DNA of 64,000 bases from the NCBI GenBank assembly GCA_050246755.1, contig JBFWVL010000001.1:352001-416000 (forward strand). Direction: 5' to 3'. Positions 41,880 through 52,435 of this stretch are shown here, piece by piece (within the stretch, counting starts at the first letter, position 1; each line of letters starts with the position of its first letter). The DNA is from Bacteriovoracia bacterium. Its GTDB lineage: Bacteria; Bdellovibrionota; UBA1018; CAIPTA01. Under the pieces are notes generated by a model, which was not told where the DNA came from, did no database searches, and saw only the letters and a list, made by a program, of their open reading frames with translations. The position numbers and the translations under genes are program-made.

Positions 41880-43043
41880 ATGGGCCGGAAATCGCAAAAA
41901 CCATTGCTGACGATTTTCCTCGTAGTTTTTTTCGACCTCCTCGCCTTTGGCATCGTAATTCCCATTCTCCCCTATTATTCCAAGACCTTCGGCGCCTCGG
42001 CCTTGGAGCTAGGTTGGCTGATGGCCGCCTATAGCATCGCCCAATTCGCTTTTTCACCGTTTTGGGGAGGCCTCTCGGACCGAATTGGTCGGCGCCCGGT
42101 TCTTCTCCTCACTATCCTCGCCGGCGCTTGCAGTATGGTGGCCACCGCCCTGGCCGGCAGCTACCTAATGCTTTTTTTCGCCCGCCTAGCAGCTGGTGCC
42201 TTCGCGGCGAATATTTCCACGGCCAGCGCCTACATCGCCGACATCACTCCGCCCGAAGACCGCGCCAAGGGCATGGGAATTATCGGCGCGAGCTTCGGCC
42301 TTGGCTTTATTTTTGGGCCGGCCATCGGCGGAATATTTTCTGTTTATGGCTACGCCACCCCCATCCTCATGGCGGCCGCCCTCGGGCTAGCTAATTTCTT
42401 TTTCGCCTATTTCGTGCTCGCCGAATCAGCCGAGCATCGGGAGCCAAGCGGGAAGAAACTCTCCTCCGCAAATATCGATGCCACCTTTTCAAGCGCCGCC
42501 ACGGCGATTCCCGTGGGCTTATTTTTTCTCAACACTCTCGCTTTTACCCAGCTCGAGGTAGTTTTTGGGCTCTTCGTGCTCATGCGTTTCGGCTTCGACG
42601 CTCTTCACGCCGGCTGGCTCCTCGCCGGAATCGGCGTAGTCAGCGCGATTCTCCAGGGCGGACTCATCGGGCGGCTGGCCAAAAAATTCGGGGAAAGAAA
42701 TTTACTAGTCGTGGGTTTTCTCCTGCTGGCCCTCTCCCTCGTGGGCGCAGCCTTCGCCCCCCGCCCCGAAATTTTTATGGTTTCGCTCTTCTTCCTTGCC
42801 GTTGGGAGCGGGCTCGTGAATCCCTCGCTTTCTAGCCTGGTATCGAAGGGCGCTCCCATTTCCCGCCGTGGAAGCGTGATGGGAGTTTATCAGAGCGCGG
42901 GATCTCTCTCCCGGGTCCTCGGCCCACCGGCGGCAGGCTTTCTTTTCGATCGCCTGGGGCCTAGCAGTCCGCTGCTTTTATCAGCCGCAATTATGGGAGC
43001 CGGGCTGATCGGCGCGCTCCTCGGCCGGAGAAAACTCGCTTGA
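41880..43043 (+). CDS. MFS transporter, DHA1 (TetA-like) family
   Basis: DLLAFGIVIPILP, G.LSDRIGRRPVL, AYIADIT, GLGFIFGPAIGG. Confidence 0.9.
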   Translation: MGRKSQKPLLTIFLVVFFDLLAFGIVIPILPYYSKTFGASALELGWLMAAYSIAQFAFSPFWGGLSDRIGRRPVLLLTILAGACSMVATALAGSYLMLFFARLAAGAFAANISTASAYIADITPPEDRAKGMGIIGASFGLGFIFGPAIGGIFSVYGYATPILMAAALGLANFFFAYFVLAESAEHREPSGKKLSSANIDATFSSAATAIPVGLFFLNTLAFTQLEVVFGLFVLMRFGFDALHAGWLLAGIGVVSAILQGGLIGRLAKKFGERNLLVVGFLLLALSLVGAAFAPRPEIFMVSLFFLAVGSGLVNPSLSSLVSKGAPISRRGSVMGVYQSAGSLSRVLGPPAAGFLFDRLGPSSPLLLSAAIMGAGLIGALLGRRKLA

Positions 43044-44062
43044 GCTTTCCCGAGCTTATTTTTTTAGAGCAACTACTGGATAGCCTGAAAGATAGTGCGC
43101 GTATCCAGCAATGGGCTACCACGGCGCACGGTCGCGAAAGATTCCCTCTCTATTCCATCTGCATCGGCAGCCAGGCGCCGGAAGCGCCTACGCTCGCCCT
43201 GATTGGCGGAGTGCATGGCCAGGAAAAAATTGGCACCCAAGTGGTATTGTCTTACTTGGAGACACTCACTGAGCTCCTCGGGTGGGACGAAATCACGCAC
43301 GATATCCTGCAAAAGGTGCGCGTTGCTTTTTATCCCATCGTTAACCCCGTGGGAATGTCTATGCTGCGGAGAGGAAATGGAAATCGCGTGGACCTCATGC
43401 GCAATGCTCCGTTCGATCGCCCCGGAACAACGCTCTTCGTGGGAGGCCAGCGGCTATCGCGCTTTCTACCCTGGTATCGCGGGAAAGCGGGAGCCCCGAT
43501 GGAAGTGGAATCCAGTGCCCTCTGCGATTTCGTAAGGAAGGAAGTTTTCCCTTCCCGCAATGCGATCTCGCTCGATTGCCATTCTGGCTACGGCACCGTA
43601 GACCGGCTCTGGTTTCCCTATAGCCACACGAAAAAACCATTTCCCCAGCTGGCCGAAGTATTCGGCCTAAAAAATATGCTGGACCGCACTTACCCCAATC
43701 ACGTGTACGTAGTGGAACCGGGCGCCGAGGCTTATACGATTCAGGGAGACATCTGGGACTACCTATACGAAGAACATCGCGCTAGTCTCTCGCCCGCGAA
43801 AAGTTTTTTGCCGCTCACCCTGGAAATGGGTTCCTGGCTCTGGCTGAAAAAAAATCCAATCCAGCTCTTTTCTCCGCTAGGCTTATTTCAACCCATGCAG
43901 ATCCACCGCCACAAAAGGATTTTACGCCGTCACCTAGCCTTGCTCGATTTTCTTCAGCGCGCCGTCTTGGCTCCGACCCGCTGGGCCACCCTCGAAGCCG
44001 AGGAAAAAAATCTGCTTGAAGGCCAAGCAAAGGAATACTGGGGATTCGGGGACCGCGCATGA
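43040..44062 (+). CDS. M14 zinc carboxypeptidase-family protein
   Basis: GGVHGQE (HxxE), NPVG, N..RVDLMRN, DCHSG, TLEMGSW. Confidence 0.85.
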   Translation: MSFPELIFLEQLLDSLKDSARIQQWATTAHGRERFPLYSICIGSQAPEAPTLALIGGVHGQEKIGTQVVLSYLETLTELLGWDEITHDILQKVRVAFYPIVNPVGMSMLRRGNGNRVDLMRNAPFDRPGTTLFVGGQRLSRFLPWYRGKAGAPMEVESSALCDFVRKEVFPSRNAISLDCHSGYGTVDRLWFPYSHTKKPFPQLAEVFGLKNMLDRTYPNHVYVVEPGAEAYTIQGDIWDYLYEEHRASLSPAKSFLPLTLEMGSWLWLKKNPIQLFSPLGLFQPMQIHRHKRILRRHLALLDFLQRAVLAPTRWATLEAEEKNLLEGQAKEYWGFGDRA

Positions 44063-44805
44063 AAAGCCAAAGCTGGTTCTTTCTCCGCGGGTTAGTACGC
44101 GAATCGGCGCACTGGGGAGAATTTCTCGCGCGCTTCGCCGAAGCGTTCCCTCAAAAGAAAATAGTTCTGCTGGACTTGCCTGGCAGCGGCGCCCATTTTC
44201 GCCAGCGCAGCCCCACCGAGATGCGGTCGGTGGTGAGCGCGCTGCGGGAAGATTTTTTGCGGGAAAGAAACGAAGAGAATTATTTTTTCGCCGTTTCCCT
44301 CGGCGCAATGGTGGGGGTGGATTGGATGCAGCGGTATCCCGGCGATTTTGCGGGTGGTATTTTGGTAAATACCTCGCTTCGCGGCTTCAGCCCCTTTTAC
44401 CGCCGTTTTCGCCCCGGAATCTACCCGGCCTGCCTGAGGATTCTCACCGCCCCTTCCCGGGTTGCCCAAGAGCGCGCCATCCTGGCAATGACCAGCACGC
44501 GTTTCGATCTTCACCTTAAACTCGCGCAGGACTGGGCCGAGATCTCCGCGGCGCGCCCGGTGAGCAGGATGAATGCCCTGCGGCAGCTGTGGGCGGCGGC
44601 GCGATTTCTGCCCGCCCCGGCGAGGCCGCCCATGAAGCTATTATTGCTGAATAGCCTGGGAGACAGGCTCTGTTCGCCTTCTTGTTCCGAAGAAATAGCA
44701 AAGCGATGGAATATAGAATTAAAATCACACCCTTCGGCGGGTCACGACCTCACGTTGGACGACCCAACCTGGGTGATAGAAAAAATTCGAGGCTGGTCTA
44801 CTTAG
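44059..44805 (+). CDS. Alpha/beta hydrolase
   Basis: LRGLVRES.HW, DLPG.G, AVSLGAMV, DRL, AGHDL. Confidence 0.85.
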   Translation: MKSQSWFFLRGLVRESAHWGEFLARFAEAFPQKKIVLLDLPGSGAHFRQRSPTEMRSVVSALREDFLRERNEENYFFAVSLGAMVGVDWMQRYPGDFAGGILVNTSLRGFSPFYRRFRPGIYPACLRILTAPSRVAQERAILAMTSTRFDLHLKLAQDWAEISAARPVSRMNALRQLWAAARFLPAPARPPMKLLLLNSLGDRLCSPSCSEEIAKRWNIELKSHPSAGHDLTLDDPTWVIEKIRGWST

Positions 44806-45703
44806 GGAAAACGAGAACGTCGACGAAGAGCGCGATGAAGAGCAGAAACAAATAAAGTATGGAAGTCCAAAAAAGTTTCTTCGCATCGCTACGTTCATTC
44901 GTGCGCAAGAATTTTACGGTGCGCCACAGGTAGATGCCGCCCAATACTCCGGCCGAAATAAAATAGAAGCGCCCATTGGTTCCGAGGAAATACGGAATTA
45001 CCGAAACCGGTAAAAGCAAAATCGTGTAGAGCATGATTTCAATCCGGGTGCGCTGATCGCCGTGCGTAACGGGCAGCATCGGCACCTTCGCCGCACGGTA
45101 TTCATCCTGAATGGCGATGGCGAGCGCCCAGAAATGCGGGGGCGTCCAAAGAAATACCACGAGGAAAAGAACCCAAGCCAAGGCCGAAATATGGCCCGTA
45201 GCCGCCGCCCAGCCGATCAGGGGAGCAGTGGCGCCGGCCGCTCCGCCGATCACGATATTGTAGGGAGTACGGCGCTTGAGCCAGAGGGTATAAATTCCCA
45301 CGTAGAAAGCGATGGTAAAAAAACTCCAGAAAGCGGCCACCCAATTGGCGGCGATCCAATAATAGCCGATGGCGAAAGTGCCGATCACGATCCCAAAAAT
45401 AGCGGCGTGCTGCGGGCTAATTTTGTGCAAAGGAATCGGGCGGCGGCGCTTCGTGCGGTCCATCAGGGAATCGATATCGCGATCGAAATACATATTGAGG
45501 GCATTCGCGGAACCCGCCGTGCAACCCATGGCCAGCATCACGAGCAGGAGCTTCATCGGCTGCGCGAGGAGCGAGCCTTCCACCACGATGGCGGCAAAAC
45601 CGGTCACTAAAAATAATAAAACGATCGTGGGTTTAGTGAGGCTTACGTAGGCGGAAATTCGGTTTGTCACTCCCCTATGGATACCGGAAAAGCGCAGGTG
45701 CAT
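44798..45703 (-). CDS. ctaB: Protohaem IX farnesyltransferase (haem O synthase)
   Basis: LTKP, NMYFDRDID..M.RT..RP, YT.WLKR, IGGAAGA, WTPPHFWAL. Confidence 0.95.
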   Translation of the reverse strand: MHLRFSGIHRGVTNRISAYVSLTKPTIVLLFLVTGFAAIVVEGSLLAQPMKLLLVMLAMGCTAGSANALNMYFDRDIDSLMDRTKRRRPIPLHKISPQHAAIFGIVIGTFAIGYYWIAANWVAAFWSFFTIAFYVGIYTLWLKRRTPYNIVIGGAAGATAPLIGWAAATGHISALAWVLFLVVFLWTPPHFWALAIAIQDEYRAAKVPMLPVTHGDQRTRIEIMLYTILLLPVSVIPYFLGTNGRFYFISAGVLGGIYLWRTVKFLRTNERSDAKKLFWTSILYLFLLFIALFVDVLVFPK

Positions 45704-45712
45704 CCAGAGAAA

Positions 45713-46612
45713 TCAAAGTTGCCGCGAGGCGGCCGAATAGACGAAACCAACGAAAGAAATCCACAATAGATTGGCGCAAAAGAGGTGGATGATTTGAAGC
45801 GGAATAGGCGCCAAAAACAAAATATTCGTCATGCCGATCCCGATATTCAGGAAAGCAAACGAGGCTACCGCGATGCCCAATTTTTTGAGCTCGGGGTATT
45901 GTTGCCACAATTTCACCACCCAGCTCCAGGCGAGAAACGTCCAGGACACGGCGATGAGCGGATGAATGATCCGGATTCTCTCGAGAAAATGCCGGCGGCC
46001 GTCGAAGTCGGCGGCAAAGCCCGCGCTCAGGCTCGTAGCGGGAAAGAGGGTATCGCCGAGCGCCGCCATGGCTCCCATGGCTCCCAGCAGAGCGAATCCC
46101 GCGAGCAATCCGTTGGCCCAGCGAAAATTGGATCTTTCTTTCCAGCGCCACCGGGGATTTTGGGCGGTGGCGCTAAGCACCGTCACGGTGAGAGCGCCCA
46201 AAAGCAATAAAGTATTTACTAAATGAAGCGAGATCGAGAACACGCGATCAATCGATTTATCGTGCTCCACGAGTCGTGCCAGCACCAATACCGCCCCAAT
46301 CAGGGCCTCGAGTACAATGGCCAGGGCGCTCCAGCCGGCGGCTTTGCGCTGGAAGCTTCCGCGCGGAAATAGCCAAAGCGTCCAGAGGGCGAGACCAAGC
46401 ACCAAGAGCAATGATATACCGGAGCTGAGGCGGTGGGAATATTCGATCATCGTTTGGATCCGCTGCTCGCGCGGAATCACCACACCGTTGCAAAGCGGCC
46501 AGTGCTGCCCGCAACCCGCGCCCGAGCCGGAAGCGCGGACGTAAGCGCCCCAGAGGATCACCCCCACGCAGTAGATAAGCGTGAACTTGGCGAACCTCAG
46601 GTAGTTTTGCAT
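45713..46612 (-). CDS. ctaA: Haem A synthase (COX15/CtaA)
   Basis: GAYVR..GSG.GC..WP.C, IEYSHR, further conserved His residues. Confidence 0.9.
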   Translation of the reverse strand: MQNYLRFAKFTLIYCVGVILWGAYVRASGSGAGCGQHWPLCNGVVIPREQRIQTMIEYSHRLSSGISLLLVLGLALWTLWLFPRGSFQRKAAGWSALAIVLEALIGAVLVLARLVEHDKSIDRVFSISLHLVNTLLLLGALTVTVLSATAQNPRWRWKERSNFRWANGLLAGFALLGAMGAMAALGDTLFPATSLSAGFAADFDGRRHFLERIRIIHPLIAVSWTFLAWSWVVKLWQQYPELKKLGIAVASFAFLNIGIGMTNILFLAPIPLQIIHLFCANLLWISFVGFVYSAASRQL

Positions 46613-46637
46613 AAAGAATTTTTCTTACGCTTCCCGG

Positions 46638-47453
46638 CTAGTTTTGGTTCATGCGATCGATCGCAAAATCCAAGGGCAAGGCCACCTTGGGCGCCCCGCC
46701 CCCGCCTTCGCCGATACCATCTTCCTTCATGGCGGCGGCAAACTGCGCGTCGCCCTTGCTTGCGGATTGGATATCGGGAGTCATGGTATGGAGGAAGTGA
46801 ATGAGCGCCACGCGATCCTGGGCGGGCAGTGCCTTATAGGACGCCATGCCGGATCCCGGGATTCCGTATAGCAACGTTACGTACATTGCCTTGGCGGAGG
46901 TTCCGTTTTTCCACTCGGCGGCACCGGCGTGGAAATTTCTCGGCTTCGGATTGAGAGCGGCACCGCCAGCGCCATCTCCCTTACCTTCGGCGCCGTGGCA
47001 AACGGCGCAGTTCACGTTAAAAAGCTCTTTTCCGTGCGCCACCAACTCAGGCGAGCTCACCAAAAGCTTATTGAGGTCTTCCACGCTCAGGGCCGCGGCC
47101 ACGGACTTCACCGTCACGGGCGTATATTTTTCCCGCGTCCATAAATCCCCGGCGGTGATCGTGATCATGATCGTGAAGGCCACGAAGGAGCTGAGAATAT
47201 ACGCACGGTTTAGGTTCGTATCGTATTTGAGGCCCATGAAGAACATAAGAACGAGCGTGGCTTTCGCCAGGGCGATGCCCATGGAAACGAAAATATTAAA
47301 CCTTCCCACGTCCACGTAGGAAGCGCCCACCGTGAGCACGGTGAGGATCAAGAGCGCGATGATGGTTTTCACGTACACCGAAAGCGGCACTAGGTGATGA
47401 CCGTGGTGCCCGCCCGAATCGTGTTGATGACTATCGTTATGATTGTTTGCCAT
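46638..47453 (-). CDS. ctaF: Cytochrome c oxidase subunit IV fused to a class I cytochrome c
   Basis: N-terminal LLILT.LTV...IA..KA.LV..FFM.LKY; C-terminal CAVCHG..G.GDG...PRNF...G.M. Confidence 0.88.
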   Translation of the reverse strand: MANNHNDSHQHDSGGHHGHHLVPLSVYVKTIIALLILTVLTVGASYVDVGRFNIFVSMGIALAKATLVLMFFMGLKYDTNLNRAYILSSFVAFTIMITITAGDLWTREKYTPVTVKSVAAALSVEDLNKLLVSSPELVAHGKELFNVNCAVCHGAEGKGDGAGGAALNPKPRNFHAGAAEWKNGTSAKAMYVTLLYGIPGSGMASYKALPAQDRVALIHFLHTMTPDIQSASKGDAQFAAAMKEDGIGEGGGGAPKVALPLDFAIDRMNQN

Positions 47454-47462
47454 GCTTTATCC

Positions 47463-48104
47463 TCAAACCACTAAGTAAAGGAGCGGGAACAAGAAGATCC
47501 AAATTAAATCCACGATGTGCCAGTACAGGCCCACGAATTCCACGGGAGCGAACTGGCGCGAGTTGAATTCTCCCTTGCTCATGCGGGCCCAAACCCAGGC
47601 AATGGCGCCCATGCCGATCAAAACGTGAATCCCGTGCAATCCCGTCATCACGAAATAGAAAGAATAAAAAAGAGGAATATTGGCGGCCTTGAAGCCTTCC
47701 GCGTGGAAAAAATTCCCGGGCAGGATTCCGTGGTGGATCTTCTCGCTGTACTCGAAATATTTGATCACCAAGAAAGTACAGGCGCAGAGGAAGGTTATCA
47801 CCAGCATCGCCTTGGACTTTCCGCGCTGATCACGCTGAATGAAAGCGATCGCGAGGGCCATGGTGAGAGAGCTCAGGAGCAGAACCACGGTATTGATCGC
47901 GCCCATTACCTTATTCAGGTGGTGATGCGCTTCCCGAAACATCTCGGGATAAAGGTAGTGGAAGAGACCATAGCCGGCGAAGAGCACGCCGAACAACATC
48001 ACTTCGGTCACCAAGAAAAGCCACATTCCCAATTTCCCGGCCTCGAACTCATGCTCGATGCTTTGAAAATGGTGCGCGTGGTCTGCGTGTCCGTGATCGC
48101 TCAT
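47463..48104 (-). CDS. ctaE: Cytochrome c oxidase subunit III
   Basis: GMWLFL.TE, NT.VLL.SS, TGLHG.HV, LYWH.VD..W. Confidence 0.93.
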   Translation of the reverse strand: MSDHGHADHAHHFQSIEHEFEAGKLGMWLFLVTEVMLFGVLFAGYGLFHYLYPEMFREAHHHLNKVMGAINTVVLLLSSLTMALAIAFIQRDQRGKSKAMLVITFLCACTFLVIKYFEYSEKIHHGILPGNFFHAEGFKAANIPLFYSFYFVMTGLHGIHVLIGMGAIAWVWARMSKGEFNSRQFAPVEFVGLYWHIVDLIWIFLFPLLYLVV

Positions 48105-48159
48105 TTCTCTATCCTTTCTTTCCCCACCCGAAACTCAGGTGAGTGCGTTCATCCTAAAG

Positions 48160-49752
48160 TTAAACGCCGTATTCGTAGGGGCCCGCGCTTACGGTTGGGG
48201 TATGTGCGAAATTTTCCAGTACGGGCGGCGATTCCGCGGCCCATTCCAAAGTTTTGCCGTGCCAAGGGTTCATCGGCGCCTTTGCTCCACGCTTGATGCT
48301 AATGAGCACGTTCGCGATAATCAGCAGGATGCCGATAGCGATGCCCCAAGATCCCACCGTAGAGATCAAGTTCCAGATCGCATACATGGGATCATAGTCA
48401 TGATAACGACGGGTCATGCCGTTGATACCAGCCACGAACTGGGCCAGGAAGGTTACGTTGAAGCCAATGATGAAAAACCAGAAGCTCACTTTTCCCCAGA
48501 ACTCGTTGTACATTTTTCCGGTCATTTTCGGGAACCAATAGAAAATTCCCGAGAAGAGCGCGATCGCGGCGCCGCCCATCATCACGTAGTGGAAATGCGC
48601 CACCACGAAATAGGTATCGTGGAAGTGGATGTCGGCGGAGAGAGTGCCGAGAATAATACCGGTGATCCCGCCGATGCCGAAGGTGAAAAGAAATCCCAGG
48701 GCGTAGAGCATGGGCGTGGCGAGATTTACCGATCCTTTATATAGAGTGGCCAGCCAGTTGAACATCTTCACCGCGCTCGGTACGGCCGTAGCCATCGTGA
48801 GCAGAGAGAAAATAAAGTTGGAGAGCACGCTCTGTCCGCTGGTGAACATATGGTGCCCCCATACGAGGAAGCTCACGAGCGCGAGGCCAAGCGAAGAGTA
48901 AGCAACCGCGCGGTAGCCGAAGATCGTCTTCTGCGACATCGTGGCAATCACTTCCGAGATAATTCCCATGCCGGGAAGAATCATGATGTAAACGGCCGGG
49001 TGAGAATAGAACCAGAAGAAGTGCTGAAAAAGCACCGGATCTCCGCCAAACCGGGGATCAAAAAAACCGATTCCAGCCACTCGCTCCACGATGAGGAGCA
49101 CAAGGGTAATCCCGATTACGGGAGTGGCCAATACTTGCAAAATACTGGTGCTATAAATAGCCCAAACGAAAAGGGGCAAGCGGAAGAAGGTCATGCCCGG
49201 GCAACGAAGCGTATGCACGGTTACGATGAAGTTCAGCCCCGTTAGAATGGACGCGAATCCCATGAAGAATACGCCGGTCACCATGCTGATCACGCTGGCG
49301 CCGGTACGAATGGAATAAGGAGTATAGAAGGTCCATCCAGTGTCCGCGCCGGGACCACTCAAGATCCCGTATAGGTTAATCGCCATCCCTAAAATGAGAA
49401 GGTAGTAGCTCAATAAGTTCAGCCGCGGAAAAGCCACGTCTTTTGCCCCGATCATGAGCGGCAGGAAAAAGTTCCCGAGGGCTCCGGGAATCGCCGGAAT
49501 GATGAACCAGAACACCATCACCGCGCCGTGAAGCGTAAAGAGGCGATTATACGTATTGGCGTCGAAAAATTGCTGCCCGGGAAACATCAGCTCGAGCCGC
49601 ACGAGCAGCGCGAACACCCCGCCCACGCAGAGGGAAAGCATGGTCGTATAGAAGTAAAGCAAACCGATACGCTTGTGATCGAGGGTGATCAACCAGCTCT
49701 TGATGCTATTGCCGCCGGCTTCGTAGAAATTAATATTTGGTAGAGCAGACAT
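48160..49752 (-). CDS. ctaD: Cytochrome c oxidase subunit I (A2 type)
   Basis: [23 protein letters not shown] (YS motif of A2), [15 protein letters not shown]. Confidence 0.97.
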   Translation of the reverse strand: MSALPNINFYEAGGNSIKSWLITLDHKRIGLLYFYTTMLSLCVGGVFALLVRLELMFPGQQFFDANTYNRLFTLHGAVMVFWFIIPAIPGALGNFFLPLMIGAKDVAFPRLNLLSYYLLILGMAINLYGILSGPGADTGWTFYTPYSIRTGASVISMVTGVFFMGFASILTGLNFIVTVHTLRCPGMTFFRLPLFVWAIYSTSILQVLATPVIGITLVLLIVERVAGIGFFDPRFGGDPVLFQHFFWFYSHPAVYIMILPGMGIISEVIATMSQKTIFGYRAVAYSSLGLALVSFLVWGHHMFTSGQSVLSNFIFSLLTMATAVPSAVKMFNWLATLYKGSVNLATPMLYALGFLFTFGIGGITGIILGTLSADIHFHDTYFVVAHFHYVMMGGAAIALFSGIFYWFPKMTGKMYNEFWGKVSFWFFIIGFNVTFLAQFVAGINGMTRRYHDYDPMYAIWNLISTVGSWGIAIGILLIIANVLISIKRGAKAPMNPWHGKTLEWAAESPPVLENFAHTPTVSAGPYEYGV

Positions 49753-49767
49753 AAAATCCTCGCGATC

Positions 49768-50757
49768 TCACTTAAGCGTTTTCAGATACGCAATCAATTG
49801 GTTCACTTCTTCGTCCGAAAGCATGCCGCGGAACGTGGGCATGGCCGGCGCAAATCCTTTTACGATCTTCTTCATGGGGTCCATGATCGATTCGCGGATA
49901 TAGTTTTCGTCCGCCTTCACTTTCGTGCCGCCGATTAGCTCCACTTCGCTGCCAAATACGCCCTTCAGGCTGGGGCCGATAAGCGGAGATCCATTGATGG
50001 TATGGCAGGTAACGCAGGTTTTCGATTTGAATACCAAGGCCCCTTGCTCGGCCATCGACAGCTGGGGAGAATCCTTGGCCACCTCGAGCATCGGCGCCGA
50101 AGCCAGGCGGGCCGGTGGGACGTAAAGACCTTCCAGCCAGTTCTTGAAATCTTCGGGCTCGAGCACGTAAACGCGGCCGATCATTTTTGAGTGGGCCGTG
50201 CCGCAATATTCGGCGCAGAAGATGTGGAACTCGCCGGTCTTGGTGGGCGTGAAGTAAAGCACCGTGAATTGGCCGGGCACCGTATCCTGCTTGGTGCGGA
50301 ATTCGGGGATGAAGAAAGAGTGGAGCACGTCCTTGGAAGTCATTACCAACTTGATGGCGCGCCCGCGAGGTACATAAAGTTCGTTTGTGAGAGTTTTTCC
50401 GTTGGCGTACTGGATCTGCCAATTCCACTGCTGGCCGATCACGTTGATTTCGTACTGATCCATTTGCGGGCTAACCATGTAGGAATAGTCGCGCCAGCCC
50501 CAGATGAAAAACACTGCCACCCAAATCGAGATCGCGAAGATACCGAGAAATTCTACGAGATAGTTACCGGGAAGATAGGCAACTTTTCCGGGCAATTCAC
50601 CTTTCGGGCGGCGATAGCGAAACGTAAAGTACAGCACGGTTCCCATGTAGCCCACGAAGAGCAACACACCGAAGCCGATCGCCACGCTGATGAATGCCTG
50701 GAAGTTATCTGCCGTAATAGCAGCTGCGGGCAGAAAGTTCAGGGCTAGAGAGAACAT
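49768..50757 (-). CDS. ctaC: Cytochrome c oxidase subunit II with C-terminal cytochrome c (caa3 type)
   Basis: CuA site DVLHS...CAEYCGTAHSKM; CVTCH; start at MFSL 50757. Confidence 0.95.
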   Translation of the reverse strand: MFSLALNFLPAAAITADNFQAFISVAIGFGVLLFVGYMGTVLYFTFRYRRPKGELPGKVAYLPGNYLVEFLGIFAISIWVAVFFIWGWRDYSYMVSPQMDQYEINVIGQQWNWQIQYANGKTLTNELYVPRGRAIKLVMTSKDVLHSFFIPEFRTKQDTVPGQFTVLYFTPTKTGEFHIFCAEYCGTAHSKMIGRVYVLEPEDFKNWLEGLYVPPARLASAPMLEVAKDSPQLSMAEQGALVFKSKTCVTCHTINGSPLIGPSLKGVFGSEVELIGGTKVKADENYIRESIMDPMKKIVKGFAPAMPTFRGMLSDEEVNQLIAYLKTLK

Positions 50758-51575
50758 GGATTTCCTTTCCTTCGTTCGCGAAGAAACCACAGCAAGTAAG
50801 CCACCAGGAGAGCAAGTACCGTAACCACGCCGCCGATCGAAACCAAGCGCGAAGCCAAGAGCGCGTATTTGTTGTCCTTTGGATCGTAATGATAACAAAA
50901 CAGAACCAGTTTTTCAGCAAAGGTTCCAACTTTTCCTGCGCCCGCCTCCAGAAGCCCGAGCTTAAGGTCACCGGGAGGGAAATCCAGTCCGAGCAGTACG
51001 CGGCTTAACTGGCCGGTGGGCGACGATAAAAATAATGCAGTGCCGTGTGCGTATTGCTTCTCTTCCTCGATCCATTTGTAACGAAAACCCAAGGCGGCGG
51101 CCAAACGCGCCTCGCTTCCGTTCTTGCCCACGAGGAAACTCCAGCCGTCTACCGCTGCCGCCTTAAAATCTTCCCGCTTTACGGATTCGATAATGGATTT
51201 TTTCTTTGCGGCCGCAAGCTCGCTCTTTTCCTTGGGATCGAAGCTAATCGTTACTATTTTGTATTGATGGCCGGGCAGCCAGTTCATCGCTTCGAAGGAA
51301 GCTTTCGCTGCATTTAGCAACATGCCACAGAGCATTGGGCAGCCGTAGTAGTTCAGGATAATCGCTACCGGTCGCTTTCCATCAAAGAACGAAGACAAGC
51401 GCACCGTCTCCCCTTTTTCGTTTAAAAACTCTTCCTCGAGCGGAAGCATGCTGCCGAGGGTGGGAGTTACGGCAATATCCTTCAAGATCTCCGGCTGGGG
51501 CTCGGCCGCGGGAAGATGGCAGGGAAAATAGAACGAAGCTAGTAAGACCAAAATCGGCAGAGCTCGAAAACGCAT
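50745..51575 (-). CDS. SCO family copper chaperone
   Basis: YYGCPMLC (CxxxC), ISFDP, QYAH, CYHYDP. Confidence 0.9.
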   Translation of the reverse strand: MRFRALPILVLLASFYFPCHLPAAEPQPEILKDIAVTPTLGSMLPLEEEFLNEKGETVRLSSFFDGKRPVAIILNYYGCPMLCGMLLNAAKASFEAMNWLPGHQYKIVTISFDPKEKSELAAAKKKSIIESVKREDFKAAAVDGWSFLVGKNGSEARLAAALGFRYKWIEEEKQYAHGTALFLSSPTGQLSRVLLGLDFPPGDLKLGLLEAGAGKVGTFAEKLVLFCYHYDPKDNKYALLASRLVSIGGVVTVLALLVAYLLWFLRERRKGNPCSL

Positions 51576-51676
51576 CGGATGATCTCCTTCTGACGCAAAT
51601 CTGAAAATCCTTTGGTGCGGCGCCAATCTAACACAAAATTCCCGTCGAGAACTCAGTCATGTTAAGGAAAAGGAGA

Positions 51677-52435
51677 ATGAAACCCACCATCACCTTTCAA
51701 GAAACAGGATTTCTACACAAAGATACGTACGGCAGAGAATTCGAATTCTCTTTCCGTCTTCCGCTCAAGGTAAGGTTTCTCCCCTACCGCAAAAAGATAG
51801 TCCTAAAGAGCAAAACGGCTCAGGTCTCTCTCGAAGGTCTCGATACCGGCGAGCAACGCGGTTTTCTCCTGGAACTCTTCCGCCGCTGGCAGGCGGCTGA
51901 CGCCGAATCGGCGCGAAAAGCCGCTTTTGATTACGCCGAGGATCGTAAAGGATTGTGTGGGCTTATTCTCGCCGTTTGCCTTCTTTTCACCGGCCCTATG
52001 GCCGTTGCCCTACTGAATGATTCTTGGAAACATTCCAGTTGCACGCGAATGCTGGAACAGCCCGTGCAAAATGGGAATATTGAGGTTACGAAGGTGAAAA
52101 AAGAGAAGAAGGGGCAGTATATCCTGAAACTGGCCTTCACCGCTCCGAGCGGCACCGTGATCAAGGGCGAGGAGCGCTGGCTCACCGAAAACGAGAACGA
52201 AATTCCCAAAAGTTTGCCGATTGTCTATTCGGCAACGCAGCCTGAGTGCTGGGCAATGACCACCACCGGAAGTGAGATCAGCTGGGCCAAACGTCGCTAT
52301 TTCTCCACCGTAGCCGGTATGTTCGGGGTCTTCTTTCTTGTGATCACGATTTACGGATTGCTCTGGAGCATCGCCCGGCTCATTTGGCTACCGCCCCACC
52401 GGGAAGAAATAAGGAAGCAGTTTCATTTCAGTTAG
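51677..52435 (+). CDS. Membrane hypothetical protein (two TM segments) antisense to the respiratory operon
   Basis: AAGGAGA RBS; TM-soluble domain-TM layout. Confidence 0.7.
   Translation: MKPTITFQETGFLHKDTYGREFEFSFRLPLKVRFLPYRKKIVLKSKTAQVSLEGLDTGEQRGFLLELFRRWQAADAESARKAAFDYAEDRKGLCGLILAVCLLFTGPMAVALLNDSWKHSSCTRMLEQPVQNGNIEVTKVKKEKKGQYILKLAFTAPSGTVIKGEERWLTENENEIPKSLPIVYSATQPECWAMTTTGSEISWAKRRYFSTVAGMFGVFFLVITIYGLLWSIARLIWLPPHREEIRKQFHFS

Noticed and set aside
41880-43043. Tetracycline resistance gene
   Set aside because: Generic DHA1 transporter with no tetR or mobile context; substrate cannot be inferred.
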